DNA of 64,000 nt from an uncultured Candidatus Saccharibacteria bacterium (GTDB taxonomy: Bacteria; Patescibacteriota; CPR2; UBA1875; CAIMLA01), in contig CAZEFH010000002.1 in assembly GCA_964511435.1 (NCBI GenBank), forward strand, positions 8,416 to 72,415, given 5' to 3'. The notes beneath the pieces were generated by a model, which was not told where the DNA came from, did no database searches, and saw only the letters and a list, made by a program, of their open reading frames with translations. The translations under genes were made by a program, and so were the position numbers. Shown here one piece after another: positions 1-9,310 of this stretch. The number at the start of each line of letters is the position of its first letter. The first letter of the stretch is position 1.

Positions 1-1401
1 GCACCCCTTGCGTTTATTCTAAATATTGTTCCATTCACTGCAAATCTGTATAAGCAGTGGTGGAGTGAATTCTTTAAGTGGATGTTTATGGGACCTATCG
101 CGATGGCTATTATCGCCCTTGGCTCTATAATAGCCGGAAGTACCACAGCAGGAGGGCTTGCAACACAAAACCACAATTTAATGGACCCCTCTGTATCATT
201 TTCCCAAACTGGTAGTCTCAACATATTTATTGGACTGGTCATATTTGCGGCAACTTTGTATATGGCTGCCACACTGCCGATGCAGTGGGGCGGTAGCTTG
301 ATGAAGAGCTGGGCAGGAATAGGGAAGAAGTTCGGACTTGCACCGCTACAGAAGGCTGGGGGATTTGTCGGGGGGGCTGCCTGGGATAGAACTGGTGGGA
401 AACTATGGAGAGAAACTGCGGGAGGAATTCTAAAGAACCGCAAGGCCTTGAGACATCAACGTGAAGATCTACTTGGCGCTGAAAGAAAGGGGAGAGTTGC
501 AGAGGGCGGAGCTTTGGGACGGTTTGTCACTGGTGCTAGCAAACAACAATCACGTGCACTCAATGAAGCTATTATTGCCAATACTGCCAAGGAGTACGAG
601 TACGGCGCAGCTGACAGAGGCCAACTAAATGCTGCTTTAAGGGATCCGAAGCTCAATAACTATCAAAGAACAGCCATCCATAGAGAACTTGCTTCCCGCG
701 GTGACTACGAGTTTGCATTTGCAAAAGAAGGCGACCTTGATAGGTTCGGTAATTGGCAAAGTAACGGTAATCTAAGTAAGGAACAGGTTGAATCAAATGC
801 AAAAAGGGCAGCTGGGAATTGGCTTAATGATCAGGCCGGTAAAGACCAGGCTCTTGTTAATTCAGTAGTAGATAAGCAGGCTGAACTTGCGTTCGCTGCC
901 GGTAGAAAAGATGATGGAACTCTTCGTGGTCCCGAAGAATATGGCTCTGGTCTGTATGGTCGAGCTGCGTCATCATGGAAAAAGAAACCTGGCTACGAAA
1001 AAAGGCCGAATGCGTTCCCTGACTTCAGCGGTAAAGAACTTGCAAAGCAATTTAACGGCAATGATATCGATCAAATATATGGTCCCAAGGGCACTAAAAG
1101 GGCTCAAGATGAAATTCTTGCTATTTCTCGTGACGATTATAAAATGGCGACTCTTGAGGATGTTGCCAGAACTGCGGGAACAGAAGAAGAGAGGACAAAT
1201 GCACAAACCGTACTGGATAAAATTAACCAATATGCGACAGCTAGCACGGCACCCGATACTAATCCAGGTCAAGGTAATAGACCATCAGCGCCACCGGCTC
1301 AATCACAGCAAGGGGCCCCAGATCAAACTTCAGCCCCCGCAGGCGTAAATCCAGATGGATTTGAAAAAACTCAAAGCGGTTTCTGGATACCAAAAAAGTA
1401 A
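1..1401 (+). CDS. Membrane protein in a T4SS-like cluster, C-terminal part (TrbL/VirB6-like is only a guess); N-terminus lies outside the window
   Basis: Frame 1 is open from base 1 with no stop before the ATG at 82. It has hydrophobic N-terminal segments, a long hydrophilic region and a Pro/Gln/Ala-rich C-terminus. It sits directly upstream of PrgI-like and VirB4 genes. Confidence 0.35.
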   Translation, partial: APLAFILNIVPFTANLYKQWWSEFFKWMFMGPIAMAIIALGSIIAGSTTAGGLATQNHNLMDPSVSFSQTGSLNIFIGLVIFAATLYMAATLPMQWGGSLMKSWAGIGKKFGLAPLQKAGGFVGGAAWDRTGGKLWRETAGGILKNRKALRHQREDLLGAERKGRVAEGGALGRFVTGASKQQSRALNEAIIANTAKEYEYGAADRGQLNAALRDPKLNNYQRTAIHRELASRGDYEFAFAKEGDLDRFGNWQSNGNLSKEQVESNAKRAAGNWLNDQAGKDQALVNSVVDKQAELAFAAGRKDDGTLRGPEEYGSGLYGRAASSWKKKPGYEKRPNAFPDFSGKELAKQFNGNDIDQIYGPKGTKRAQDEILAISRDDYKMATLEDVARTAGTEEERTNAQTVLDKINQYATASTAPDTNPGQGNRPSAPPAQSQQGAPDQTSAPAGVNPDGFEKTQSGFWIPKK

Positions 1402-2169
1402 ATGCAATACAAAGTTCCACAAAACATTGATATCGAAGACAGGGTGATCGCCGGGCTGACTCTACGACAGTTCATGTTTATTATGATTGCTGGAGGCATC
1501 GGACTCCTAGAATACTTCGCCTTGAAGGGACCGCTTAGTTTTCTCTTTCTTCCTGCCGCCATCGTCACAGGTGGTGTCGGGGTGGCCTTTGCCTTCATCA
1601 AGATCAATGATCGTCCTTTCGAAGCCTTTGTCTCTGCAGCCATCAAGTCACTCTTTGCTCCGCATACGAGAATCTGGCAGAAGGACGAGGATGCCGACAT
1701 CCCCAAGCATACAGAGACCCCACACACTCGTGCCAAGGTAGCGGCACCAAAAAAGAAAACTATCGGTGAAATCAAAAGCAATCTAGAAAGGCTATCACTA
1801 CTTGTGGACTCTGGTGGCGCAGCCGGTCTGGAAAGTATGCCAGAGAGGCCCACAAACCTCAACATGAGTACAAAAACAGCAGAGCCGAGTGACCTGCATG
1901 ACATCCTTGCCAAGACGGAGGAGGCAGCTCCTACGGTAGATGCTATCATGAATCAGGCCAAGGAATATGTAGAGAAGACAAGCGCAGCCAAGGAAAAGCC
2001 CGTGAGCGCTATGGCCACTACAGCCGCGAAGCCCACAGACTTCGAGTACGAGAAGCTCGCCCTCTCTGACGAAAAAAAACTAGAAGAAACTCTCGCGAAG
2101 GTCAATGCCGAGCAAAAAGCCCTCAAAGATAAGCTCGAAACCGCCAAGATCGAGAAGTTTGAACGATAG
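1402..2169 (+). CDS. PrgI/VirB3-like small membrane protein of Gram-positive-type T4SS
   Basis: The N-terminus (MQYKVPQNIDIEDRVIAGLTLRQF) is followed by two TM helices, typical of the PrgI family. A charged, coiled-coil-like C-terminus follows. The gene lies upstream of VirB4. Confidence 0.45.
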   Translation: MQYKVPQNIDIEDRVIAGLTLRQFMFIMIAGGIGLLEYFALKGPLSFLFLPAAIVTGGVGVAFAFIKINDRPFEAFVSAAIKSLFAPHTRIWQKDEDADIPKHTETPHTRAKVAAPKKKTIGEIKSNLERLSLLVDSGGAAGLESMPERPTNLNMSTKTAEPSDLHDILAKTEEAAPTVDAIMNQAKEYVEKTSAAKEKPVSAMATTAAKPTDFEYEKLALSDEKKLEETLAKVNAEQKALKDKLETAKIEKFER

Positions 2170-2188
2170 ACATTAGTTTCTAAAGTTA

Positions 2189-2217
2189 AAAAGTTTGTAA
2201 AGTTTGTAAAGTTATAA
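2189..2217. repeat. Left arm of an inverted repeat (AAAGTTTGTAAAGTTATAA, with an extra tandem AGTTTGTAA copy) flanking the four-helix-bundle gene
   Basis: The reverse complement of 2651..2669 exactly matches 2199..2217. Confidence 0.8.
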
Positions 2218-2221
2218 CGAC

Positions 2222-2566
2222 GTGAAAATTGAAAGATTTGAAGACATTCTTGCTTGGCAGAAAGCTAAGGAATTAAACATTATCATTTATTCGGCAATGA
2301 GGGATTGCGGAGATTATTCCTTCCGCGACCAACTCCAGCGGGCATCTGTTTCGATAATGAATAACATCGCAGAAGGTTATGAGCGCAGGAGTAACGCCGA
2401 ATTTAAACATTTTTTATTTATTGCAAAGGGGTCGTGTGGTGAATGTAGGTCCATGCTAGACCTTGCGAAGGAGCTTGCCATGTTCGAAGAAACGGATTTT
2501 AGCAAAGCATATGACTTGTCAGTAGAAATTTCAAGAATATTATCTGGCCTCATAAAAACTTTGTAA
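2222..2566 (+). CDS. Four-helix bundle protein (23S rRNA intervening-sequence protein family, TIGR02436-like)
   Basis: The residues WQKA..L, RDQL.RASVSI..NIAEGY.R and F.HFL.IAKGSCGE form a hallmark signature of this family. The ORF starts with GTG. Confidence 0.75.
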   Translation: MKIERFEDILAWQKAKELNIIIYSAMRDCGDYSFRDQLQRASVSIMNNIAEGYERRSNAEFKHFLFIAKGSCGECRSMLDLAKELAMFEETDFSKAYDLSVEISRILSGLIKTL

Positions 2567-2600
2567 ACCTTTAACTTTATACTTTATGAACTAATCGGTG

Positions 2601-2614
2601 TTTATGCTAAAATA
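2601..2614 (+). promoter_or_regulatory. Promoter-like extended -10 motif TTTATGCTAAAATA (copy 1 of 3)
   Basis: The same 14-mer occurs at 27268..27281 and 40698..40711, each time just upstream of a + strand gene. It contains TGnTAAAAT. Confidence 0.4.
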
Positions 2615-2650
2615 ATACTAGTTGTATCGTTCGGGAAAACTTGAAGAACT

Positions 2651-2669
2651 TTATAACTTTACAAACTTT
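2651..2669. repeat. Right arm of the inverted repeat flanking the four-helix-bundle gene
   Basis: TTATAACTTTACAAACTTT is the reverse complement of 2199..2217. Confidence 0.8.
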
Positions 2670-2692
2670 TCACTAAAATTCCTGGAGGGAAT

Positions 2693-3412
2693 TTGTCTGA
2701 TACAAAATATGACAAAAAGGTAAAGGCCCCTTCTACCCAGCAGTTTATTCCTATTAAGGAAATCAAAGAAGGGGTGGTAGTAATGCGAAATGGGTCACTG
2801 AGAGCCGTGCTCTTGGTGTCTTCTCTAAACTTTGCCTTGAAGAGCGAAGACGAGAAGAATGCTGTCATCGCTTCATATCAGAGTTTTCTCAACTCTCTCG
2901 GCTACCCAGTACAGGTCTATGTCAAATCCCGTCAGCTACATCTAGACAATTACATCCACTCTTTGGAGAAACAGCTGGCGGCACAAACAAATGAGCTCCT
3001 CAAGCTCCAGACCAGCCAATACCTCGAGTTTATCGCTGAGCTGCTACAATACTCCAATATTATGGAAAAACGCTTCTTTGTTATCGTACCCTTCTATCCT
3101 ACCGGTTCAGAAAAGGTAGGCCTAATTAAAAATCTTTTTTCAGGCAAGGAAGGTGTCGCAACCGCAGACTTTGAAACCCAGAAGACTGAGCTAATGCAGC
3201 GAGTTGATCATGTTATCAATGGCCTCACTGGGATTGGCGTGCGCTGTGCCGCACTAAATACCGAGGAGCTGATTGAGCTCTACTACTCTGTCTACAATCC
3301 TGATATATCGGGCTCTGAGAAGATTACTGATGCAGACATCATTCAGTCAGAAGTAGTATCTGGTGGAGCGGCCGACAATTCTGCTACAGAGGAGGGAGCG
3401 CCAAATGCTTGA
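2693..3412 (+). CDS. VirB4/TrbE-family N-terminal domain protein (first half of a split VirB4)
   Basis: The residues QQFIPIKEIKEGVVVMRNGSLRAVLLVSSLNF..KSEDEK match the conserved N-terminus of Gram-positive VirB4/PrgJ-like ATPases. The TTG start sits after a GGAGGG Shine-Dalgarno. The stop TGA overlaps the next ATG. Confidence 0.6.
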   Translation: MSDTKYDKKVKAPSTQQFIPIKEIKEGVVVMRNGSLRAVLLVSSLNFALKSEDEKNAVIASYQSFLNSLGYPVQVYVKSRQLHLDNYIHSLEKQLAAQTNELLKLQTSQYLEFIAELLQYSNIMEKRFFVIVPFYPTGSEKVGLIKNLFSGKEGVATADFETQKTELMQRVDHVINGLTGIGVRCAALNTEELIELYYSVYNPDISGSEKITDADIIQSEVVSGGAADNSATEEGAPNA

Positions 3413-5216
3413 CGACCTATTTAATCCTCAAGCAGCCGAGGAGAAGCGTGCTAGGGAAGCAAACGAGCAGCGTCTCCAGGAGGCTGAACGTATCTACAAT
3501 GAAGGTATGGCCACTCTTAGGGACATCATCGCTCCATCGAGCATGAATGTTGAACTCGACTATATTGAGATTGGTGGTTATTTCACCAGGGCATTCTTCG
3601 TCTACACTTACCCTCGCTACCTCTACACCGAATGGCTATCGCCTGTCGTAAATGGCTCTTTCGAAGGCGACCTCTCGATGTTCATCTACCCAGTAGACAA
3701 TAAAGAGATTATGCAGAAGCTCCAGACCAAGGTAGGACAAATTCAGTCTACCGTGGCAGAACAGCAAGAGAAAGGTGCCGTGCGTGATCCAATGCTTCAG
3801 ACGGCCTACCAAGACGTCGAGGAGCTTCGTGATACCTTACAACGTGGCGAGTCACGCTTCTTTAAGATGTCGCTCTATATCAATCTATATGCCAAGACCA
3901 AGGAAGAGCTAGACCAGCTAACAGACATCCTAGAGACCAATCTCGGCGGCATGCTCGTCTATACCAAGAGGGCTACCTTACAGCAAGAAGACTGCTTCAA
4001 CTCCGGGCTTCCTCTTGGAAACGATGTCATGGACATCTCGCGCAACTTTGACACGAATGCGCTCTCGACTAGCTTCCCCTTTGTTTCGTCTGAGCTCTCA
4101 AACAACGAGGGTATCCTATATGGAATCAATAGGCACAATAACAGCCTTGTCCTCTTCGACCGTTTCACCCTCGAAAATGCCAATATGGTCGTGCTGGCGA
4201 TGTCTGGTGCGGGTAAGAGTTACGCTATCAAGCTAGAAGCGGTGCGCTCAATGATGTTCGGTACCGAAGTCATCATTATCGATCCAGAAAATGAGTATGA
4301 ACGCCTCTGTGAATCCGTCGCTGGTAGTTACCTCAACGTTTCACTAAACTCTGACTACCGCATCAATCCATTTGACCTACCCACCTCGGCTAGTGGCTCG
4401 AAGGAAGGGGAGGATATCCTTCGCAGTAATGTAATCATGATTCATGGCCTAGTCCGCATCATGCTCGGTGGTAAACTCACTGCCATCGAGGACAATATCC
4501 TGGACCGCGCCCTGATCGAGGCATATGCTTCTCGTGGTATCACTAGCGACCCATCGACCCATGGTCTCACACCACCAACCATGGGCGATCTGGAAAAAAT
4601 CCTCGGTAGCATCCAGGGTGGAGAAACCATGGGAGTCCGACTTCAGAAATACACCACCGGTACTTTCTCAGGCCTCTTCAACCAGCAGTCAAACATCAAA
4701 ATGGATAATCAATTCATCGTCTTCTCGATTCGTGATCTCGAAGACGAGCTACGGCCTATCGCCATGCATATCATCCTAAACTTTATTTGGAACCGCGTGA
4801 AGAGCGAGCGCCGTCGCAGAATGCTAATCGTAGACGAGGCCTGGCTAATGATGAAGTACGAGGATAGTGCCCAGTTTATCTACTCTATTGCCAAGAGAGC
4901 TCGTAAATATTATCTCGGCCTCACCACGATCAGTCAGGACGTAGATGAATTCATCAGCTCGAGCTATGGACGCGCTATCGTTAATAACTCATCCCTAACT
5001 CTGTTATTGAAGCAGCACCCAGCAACCGCTGACGTTATCTCAAGGGTATTCAACTTAACCCAGGCCGAGAAGTACTTTCTTCTCAATGCCGAGAAGGGCG
5101 AAGGGCTCTTCTTCGCTGGGCTCAACCATGTCGCCCTCAAGGTCACTCCGAGCTACCAGGAAGATCTACTAATTACAACTAATCCAGAGCAGCTTAACGA
5201 AATAGGAGCAGAGTAA
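3405..5216 (+). CDS. virB4: VirB4/TrbE/CagE-family conjugal transfer ATPase (ATPase half)
   Basis: Walker A (LAMSGAGKSY), Walker B (MLIVDEAW) and an IAPSS..YIEIGG...FFV.TYPR N-terminal motif are present. The ORF track starts this gene at 3363. The ATG at 3405 fits the ATGcTTGA overlap with the upstream stop. Confidence 0.85.
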   Translation: MLDDLFNPQAAEEKRAREANEQRLQEAERIYNEGMATLRDIIAPSSMNVELDYIEIGGYFTRAFFVYTYPRYLYTEWLSPVVNGSFEGDLSMFIYPVDNKEIMQKLQTKVGQIQSTVAEQQEKGAVRDPMLQTAYQDVEELRDTLQRGESRFFKMSLYINLYAKTKEELDQLTDILETNLGGMLVYTKRATLQQEDCFNSGLPLGNDVMDISRNFDTNALSTSFPFVSSELSNNEGILYGINRHNNSLVLFDRFTLENANMVVLAMSGAGKSYAIKLEAVRSMMFGTEVIIIDPENEYERLCESVAGSYLNVSLNSDYRINPFDLPTSASGSKEGEDILRSNVIMIHGLVRIMLGGKLTAIEDNILDRALIEAYASRGITSDPSTHGLTPPTMGDLEKILGSIQGGETMGVRLQKYTTGTFSGLFNQQSNIKMDNQFIVFSIRDLEDELRPIAMHIILNFIWNRVKSERRRRMLIVDEAWLMMKYEDSAQFIYSIAKRARKYYLGLTTISQDVDEFISSSYGRAIVNNSSLTLLLKQHPATADVISRVFNLTQAEKYFLLNAEKGEGLFFAGLNHVALKVTPSYQEDLLITTNPEQLNEIGAE

Positions 5217-5219
5217 CTT

Positions 5220-5948
5220 GTGGGTGGAGGGAAAGCACAAGCTGGTTGTTCGATAGCTGGCTGCTTCGCAGCCTCGGTTGTAATTATATTTTGTTTTGCC
5301 CTAACTGTCGGATTTATGGGAGGCGGAAGTGATAGCGCAGCCGCAGACGATGACGCTGGTTCGGGAAAACTAACGTCATCAATTGAGGGAACAGTCACTG
5401 AAATGAAGAACAAGGGGAAAACTATTAAGATCCCCGCCACCAAAGGGAAGACAGCTGGTGAAGAATATCTTCCCGGGATGACCTTCTCAAAGCAGTGCAA
5501 CTCAGAAGAAGAAAAGTGGTACATTACTATGAGGTGGCCGTATGTGAAATGGCGCTTTAATGGTACATCCGCCCTTGTTGATTCAGCAACGACAAATACG
5601 AAGTCGGCCTATGCTAAGGTAAGGGTTGTGGTTTACAATCCCAAAACAAAAAAATCTATCATTACGGCCATCTGTGAGTCTGGTCCTGCACCCTGGACAG
5701 GGAGTTCCTGGTTTGAACGCCTGCCGTCCTCAACCCGGAAGAGTCTTTCTAAAATTTTTGCCGCCGCAACAAATAATCCCCCTAGCTTTTGGAAAGGCGC
5801 TCGTCAATTTGACCCACCAGAAGCCGATGGCCGTGTTTCTGGTCTAGCTCCAAAAGCTTTAAAAACAATTGGCGCATCAGCAAATACTGTCCTGGAATAT
5901 GGATTTGCAGAAGATCAGAACAGGCCACTTGGCCTGATAAAGGAGTAG
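5220..5948 (+). CDS. Hypothetical membrane-anchored or secreted protein (T4SS cluster)
   Basis: It has an N-terminal hydrophobic segment and no recognised domain. The putative start is GTG. Confidence 0.4.
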   Translation: MGGGKAQAGCSIAGCFAASVVIIFCFALTVGFMGGGSDSAAADDDAGSGKLTSSIEGTVTEMKNKGKTIKIPATKGKTAGEEYLPGMTFSKQCNSEEEKWYITMRWPYVKWRFNGTSALVDSATTNTKSAYAKVRVVVYNPKTKKSIITAICESGPAPWTGSSWFERLPSSTRKSLSKIFAAATNNPPSFWKGARQFDPPEADGRVSGLAPKALKTIGASANTVLEYGFAEDQNRPLGLIKE

Positions 5949-5954
5949 TCAGAC

Positions 5955-6611
5955 ATGAATAAACAATTACTCAAAATAGCAGTTATCTCTTTGTTAGTCA
6001 TAGTGGCTGTCTATGGAAGCTGGCACTACCTGAGTCGAGGACAGCTGAAAATATTGTCTACTGTTCCCGTTACTGAAGTATTAATTAACGGCCGTGCTAT
6101 AACTCTAGATAAAAATAGCCAAGCTAGCTTACCGGCATGGAACTACAATATATCTATCAAGAAAAACTATTATCAAACCTACTCTGCTTCTGAATTTATC
6201 GGTTTTTGGCAGACCAAGACCCTAGTGGTTGAACTAGTGCCCGACGCCGAAGGAGAAGCCCTCTTATCAAAGTCCAGAAAGGTAGTAGCTGCATTTGCTG
6301 AATATACAAATACGGATGACTTAGCCGAGCTAACAACAGAGGTTAAAAACTATCTTACCGCCGAGGCCTTAGATAATCTTGAGTATGAAATAGCTGAATC
6401 AGTGTCAAGCCGAGACACTACTACCCCTATCACTTATCCGAAATTTTATCTGCCAATCAGTAGCAGTTATATAGAGGGTGGCTCTAGGACCGTAAGTGTA
6501 GTGTTGTCTCTACACAAAACTGCCGACACAGACTCCCTGTCTCAAGTTAAATATTCCTATATAAGGCTTGGCAGTTCCTGGAAGATTAACAATATATCTT
6601 ACGAGTATTAA
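5955..6611 (+). CDS. Hypothetical membrane-anchored protein (T4SS cluster)
   Basis: A single N-terminal TM segment (LLKIAVISLLVIVAVYGSW) is present. No recognised domain. Confidence 0.4.
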   Translation: MNKQLLKIAVISLLVIVAVYGSWHYLSRGQLKILSTVPVTEVLINGRAITLDKNSQASLPAWNYNISIKKNYYQTYSASEFIGFWQTKTLVVELVPDAEGEALLSKSRKVVAAFAEYTNTDDLAELTTEVKNYLTAEALDNLEYEIAESVSSRDTTTPITYPKFYLPISSSYIEGGSRTVSVVLSLHKTADTDSLSQVKYSYIRLGSSWKINNISYEY

Positions 6612-6617
6612 TCCCTT

Positions 6618-8291
6618 ATGGCAAAAAGTTACTACGACTATTTCGATGAATATATCAAGAAGCGTTCTGGGCTCGGCAGAATGGGATCTTACTATACTGG
6701 CGCTAAGGGTCACAAAAAACTCCATGCAGACCACCCTGAGATAGAGCAGGCCGCACACTCCTGGGCCCTTTCACAAAGTGGCGACATGACAATGTCAAAT
6801 ATGACGGATGAGGAGAGGCTGGAGCAAGAAGCCTGGGACTCCACAAATCCGAATATGGCAGACAACTTTGGTGGCGATGGAGGAGTAGACTTTGGTGATA
6901 CGTTTGGCGGTCTCGCAGACGCCACTGAAGACAATAGTGATCAATCAACGAGTTCCCGCAATCCCAGCGAATACCCAGAGGATGAGGGTCCTACTGGCGA
7001 CGAACCAAAAGACACAGGAGAAGGTGGTGGATCCAGTTCAGAAGACCCTGACTCAGAAGGGGAAGAGAAACCCGAATCAGAAGGTGCTGGTGGAGACGAA
7101 GCCAATGCTGCCAAAGACGCGGCGAAGGCCGGAAAAGGTGAAGCCGCCTCAGGTGCAGCCGAAGCGTCCGCTGGTGCCGCAGAAACTGCAGCTACCGCTG
7201 CCGAGGCTGCTGAAGGTGCTGCGGCGGCCGAGGCAGCCGTTGGTGCCGCCGCTGCCGCAGCGGAGACAGAAGTAGCCACAGCCGCCGCCGCTTCACTCTT
7301 TGCGAACCCTTGGACATATGTGGTCTTGCTTATTCTAGTAATCGTAATTTTTTTCTTATTTCAGACAATTGCTGCGGCATTCCCAAGTGCAGACACAAAA
7401 ACCACTGCTACCAGCGAGGAAATATTAAAGTATTGTACCAAGAACTATGGGAAATACGACTCTCAGACTCAGCTTAAATCTATCTTTGGCTCTACCGAAT
7501 CAGAAGTATCCTCACAGCTCCAAACGATAGATTTTCCTTATCCGAGTGGCAAGATAAGAGTCCACGAAAAGGCCGCTCCTTGCTTTGACGCAGTCGCAAA
7601 AGAACTTGCTAATATTAACTACAAGATAACAGAAACCGGAGGCACCTTTGTCTGGAGAGCAAATGTAAATAACTCTAGCGTCCTCAGTCTCCATTCTTTT
7701 GGAATTGCTACCGACGTCAACCCAGACAAGAATCCAAATGGAGGTGGTAGCCCAGGAAACTGTGAGACTGATATGCCTAAAGAATTTGTTAATGTTTGGA
7801 AAAAGTATGGTTTTAGGTGGGGTGGTAATTATAATTCGACATGTGATGCGATGCACTATGAATGGCTCGGTGGTGCTCCTGGTGTCGCTATACCAGCACT
7901 GGGAGGAAGCGAAAACAAAACGACAGAAACTGACCTTGGGGCAAAAATAGTTGCCTACGCAAAGAAACAAGAGGGGAAACCTTACCTTTGGGGAGCGGCC
8001 GGTCCTGATAGCTTTGATTGCTCTGGACTAGTTCAATATGTTTATAAACATGTTGCAAATATTACATTACCGCACAGCTCTGCTTCACAGTTTACTAGTA
8101 GCAGACTGTCTACCATTAAAAAGGGCAGTGAAAAGCCGGGTGACCTAGTCTTCTTTGGTAGCCCAATCCATCACGTTGGCATCGTTGCTGGAAATGGCAA
8201 GATGTGGGAAGCACCACACACCGGTTCCTTTGTAAAATTGTCTTCATACAAGAATAGATCAGACGTAGCAGGATTTAGGAGGCTAAAATAG
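6618..8291 (+). CDS. Bifunctional peptidoglycan hydrolase: M15-family (VanY-like) metallopeptidase domain plus NlpC/P60 domain, with an acidic Ala/Glu/Gly-rich low-complexity N-terminal region and one TM
   Basis: The M15 motifs are SLHSFGIATD and DAMHYEW. The NlpC/P60 motif has DCSGLVQYVY with HHVGIV downstream. The low-complexity segment lies at about 6900..7300. Confidence 0.7.
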   Translation: MAKSYYDYFDEYIKKRSGLGRMGSYYTGAKGHKKLHADHPEIEQAAHSWALSQSGDMTMSNMTDEERLEQEAWDSTNPNMADNFGGDGGVDFGDTFGGLADATEDNSDQSTSSRNPSEYPEDEGPTGDEPKDTGEGGGSSSEDPDSEGEEKPESEGAGGDEANAAKDAAKAGKGEAASGAAEASAGAAETAATAAEAAEGAAAAEAAVGAAAAAAETEVATAAAASLFANPWTYVVLLILVIVIFFLFQTIAAAFPSADTKTTATSEEILKYCTKNYGKYDSQTQLKSIFGSTESEVSSQLQTIDFPYPSGKIRVHEKAAPCFDAVAKELANINYKITETGGTFVWRANVNNSSVLSLHSFGIATDVNPDKNPNGGGSPGNCETDMPKEFVNVWKKYGFRWGGNYNSTCDAMHYEWLGGAPGVAIPALGGSENKTTETDLGAKIVAYAKKQEGKPYLWGAAGPDSFDCSGLVQYVYKHVANITLPHSSASQFTSSRLSTIKKGSEKPGDLVFFGSPIHHVGIVAGNGKMWEAPHTGSFVKLSSYKNRSDVAGFRRLK

Positions 8292-9265
8292 TGAAACAAA
8301 GCGTTAAGAGGCTATTAATAATAACAGGACTACTATTAATCTTTACTGTAGTCGGTGTTTCTCTATATATATTCGTAAAGAATAATCAAAGAACCGCCCT
8401 TACAAAAGAGCTTCTAAGTATTGTTCAATCGGAAAGATATGCAACAAAAACAGACCTTAGCGAATGTGCTGATAGTGAAGTTTCTGAAGCTTGTCTCGGC
8501 TCCAGTTTCTCGTATTTAATATCAGGTCTAGAGTTACAACTGAGGTATCTTGGTTCAGAGGCTACAGCGGAGATGTCAAAACTCTCAGACATTCAGATAG
8601 CTTATAAAAATACCCAGTGGTCGGTGGTTTCTGAAAAAACTAGATTGGCTATAGCGGCAAAAAACACTCTTATCGAGCAATATAGTAAGTCACATCTAGC
8701 AGACGCCAAGACTATAAAATCAAAGTACCCTAGCGTTTCAATATGCAATTACTACTTTTCGGGGAAATGGGCGGTAATAAGTTTGTGTCCAAAAGATTCA
8801 GATACTGCGAGCGTGATCCTTAAAAAAGGTGACAAATTAAAAGATTGGTCAATCTCTAGTGGCCCAGGAACTGATTTTTCAACAGGACAGTTAAGTGCAG
8901 TAAGTGTACCAGACGATATAATATTAGTAGTAAATGACCTTTATCCTGTCACTATTATACCCATTGGAAACATAACAAATACCACTCTTGGACCACTATC
9001 TATAATAACAAATGCAAAAGCTTCAAACGTCTCTGGTTTCAGCCTCCCAAATGAAGATTTACTACCATTTTATGGCAAGACTTTCAGCATAACTTCCCAG
9101 ATAATTAATAATCGCAAAATGTATGTTGTGAGTACTATTTCAGATAATGAAAAAGAACGGGAATCAAATATTAAGTTGGCTAAATCTTGGCTTACAAGAA
9201 ACGGCATCAATCCGGAGACTAGTCCCGTTTATTACGATCCACTCGATGAAGATACGGGGGAGTAA
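8291..9265 (+). CDS. Hypothetical membrane-anchored protein
   Basis: An N-terminal TM segment is present. The GTG start overlaps the previous stop. Confidence 0.4.
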   Translation: MKQSVKRLLIITGLLLIFTVVGVSLYIFVKNNQRTALTKELLSIVQSERYATKTDLSECADSEVSEACLGSSFSYLISGLELQLRYLGSEATAEMSKLSDIQIAYKNTQWSVVSEKTRLAIAAKNTLIEQYSKSHLADAKTIKSKYPSVSICNYYFSGKWAVISLCPKDSDTASVILKKGDKLKDWSISSGPGTDFSTGQLSAVSVPDDIILVVNDLYPVTIIPIGNITNTTLGPLSIITNAKASNVSGFSLPNEDLLPFYGKTFSITSQIINNRKMYVVSTISDNEKERESNIKLAKSWLTRNGINPETSPVYYDPLDEDTGE

Positions 9266-9310
9266 TAGACACCTAACGGTTAATATATTATGTGGGTTGT
9301 AATCTAGCGA

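Noticed and set aside
887-1348. Many ORF-track entries nested inside or antisense to confident genes (for example 887..1348, 973..1272, 18956..19303, 38661..39266, 41659..42312, 62935..63720)
   Set aside because: They overlap well-supported genes in other frames and lack RBS signals and recognisable motifs. In the high-GC patches, long antisense ORFs are expected by composition alone.
7100-7300. Local GC spike inside the hydrolase gene; possible foreign DNA
   Set aside because: It is explained by the poly-Ala/Glu/Gly coding repeat (GCx/GAx codons) and is in frame with the host gene.
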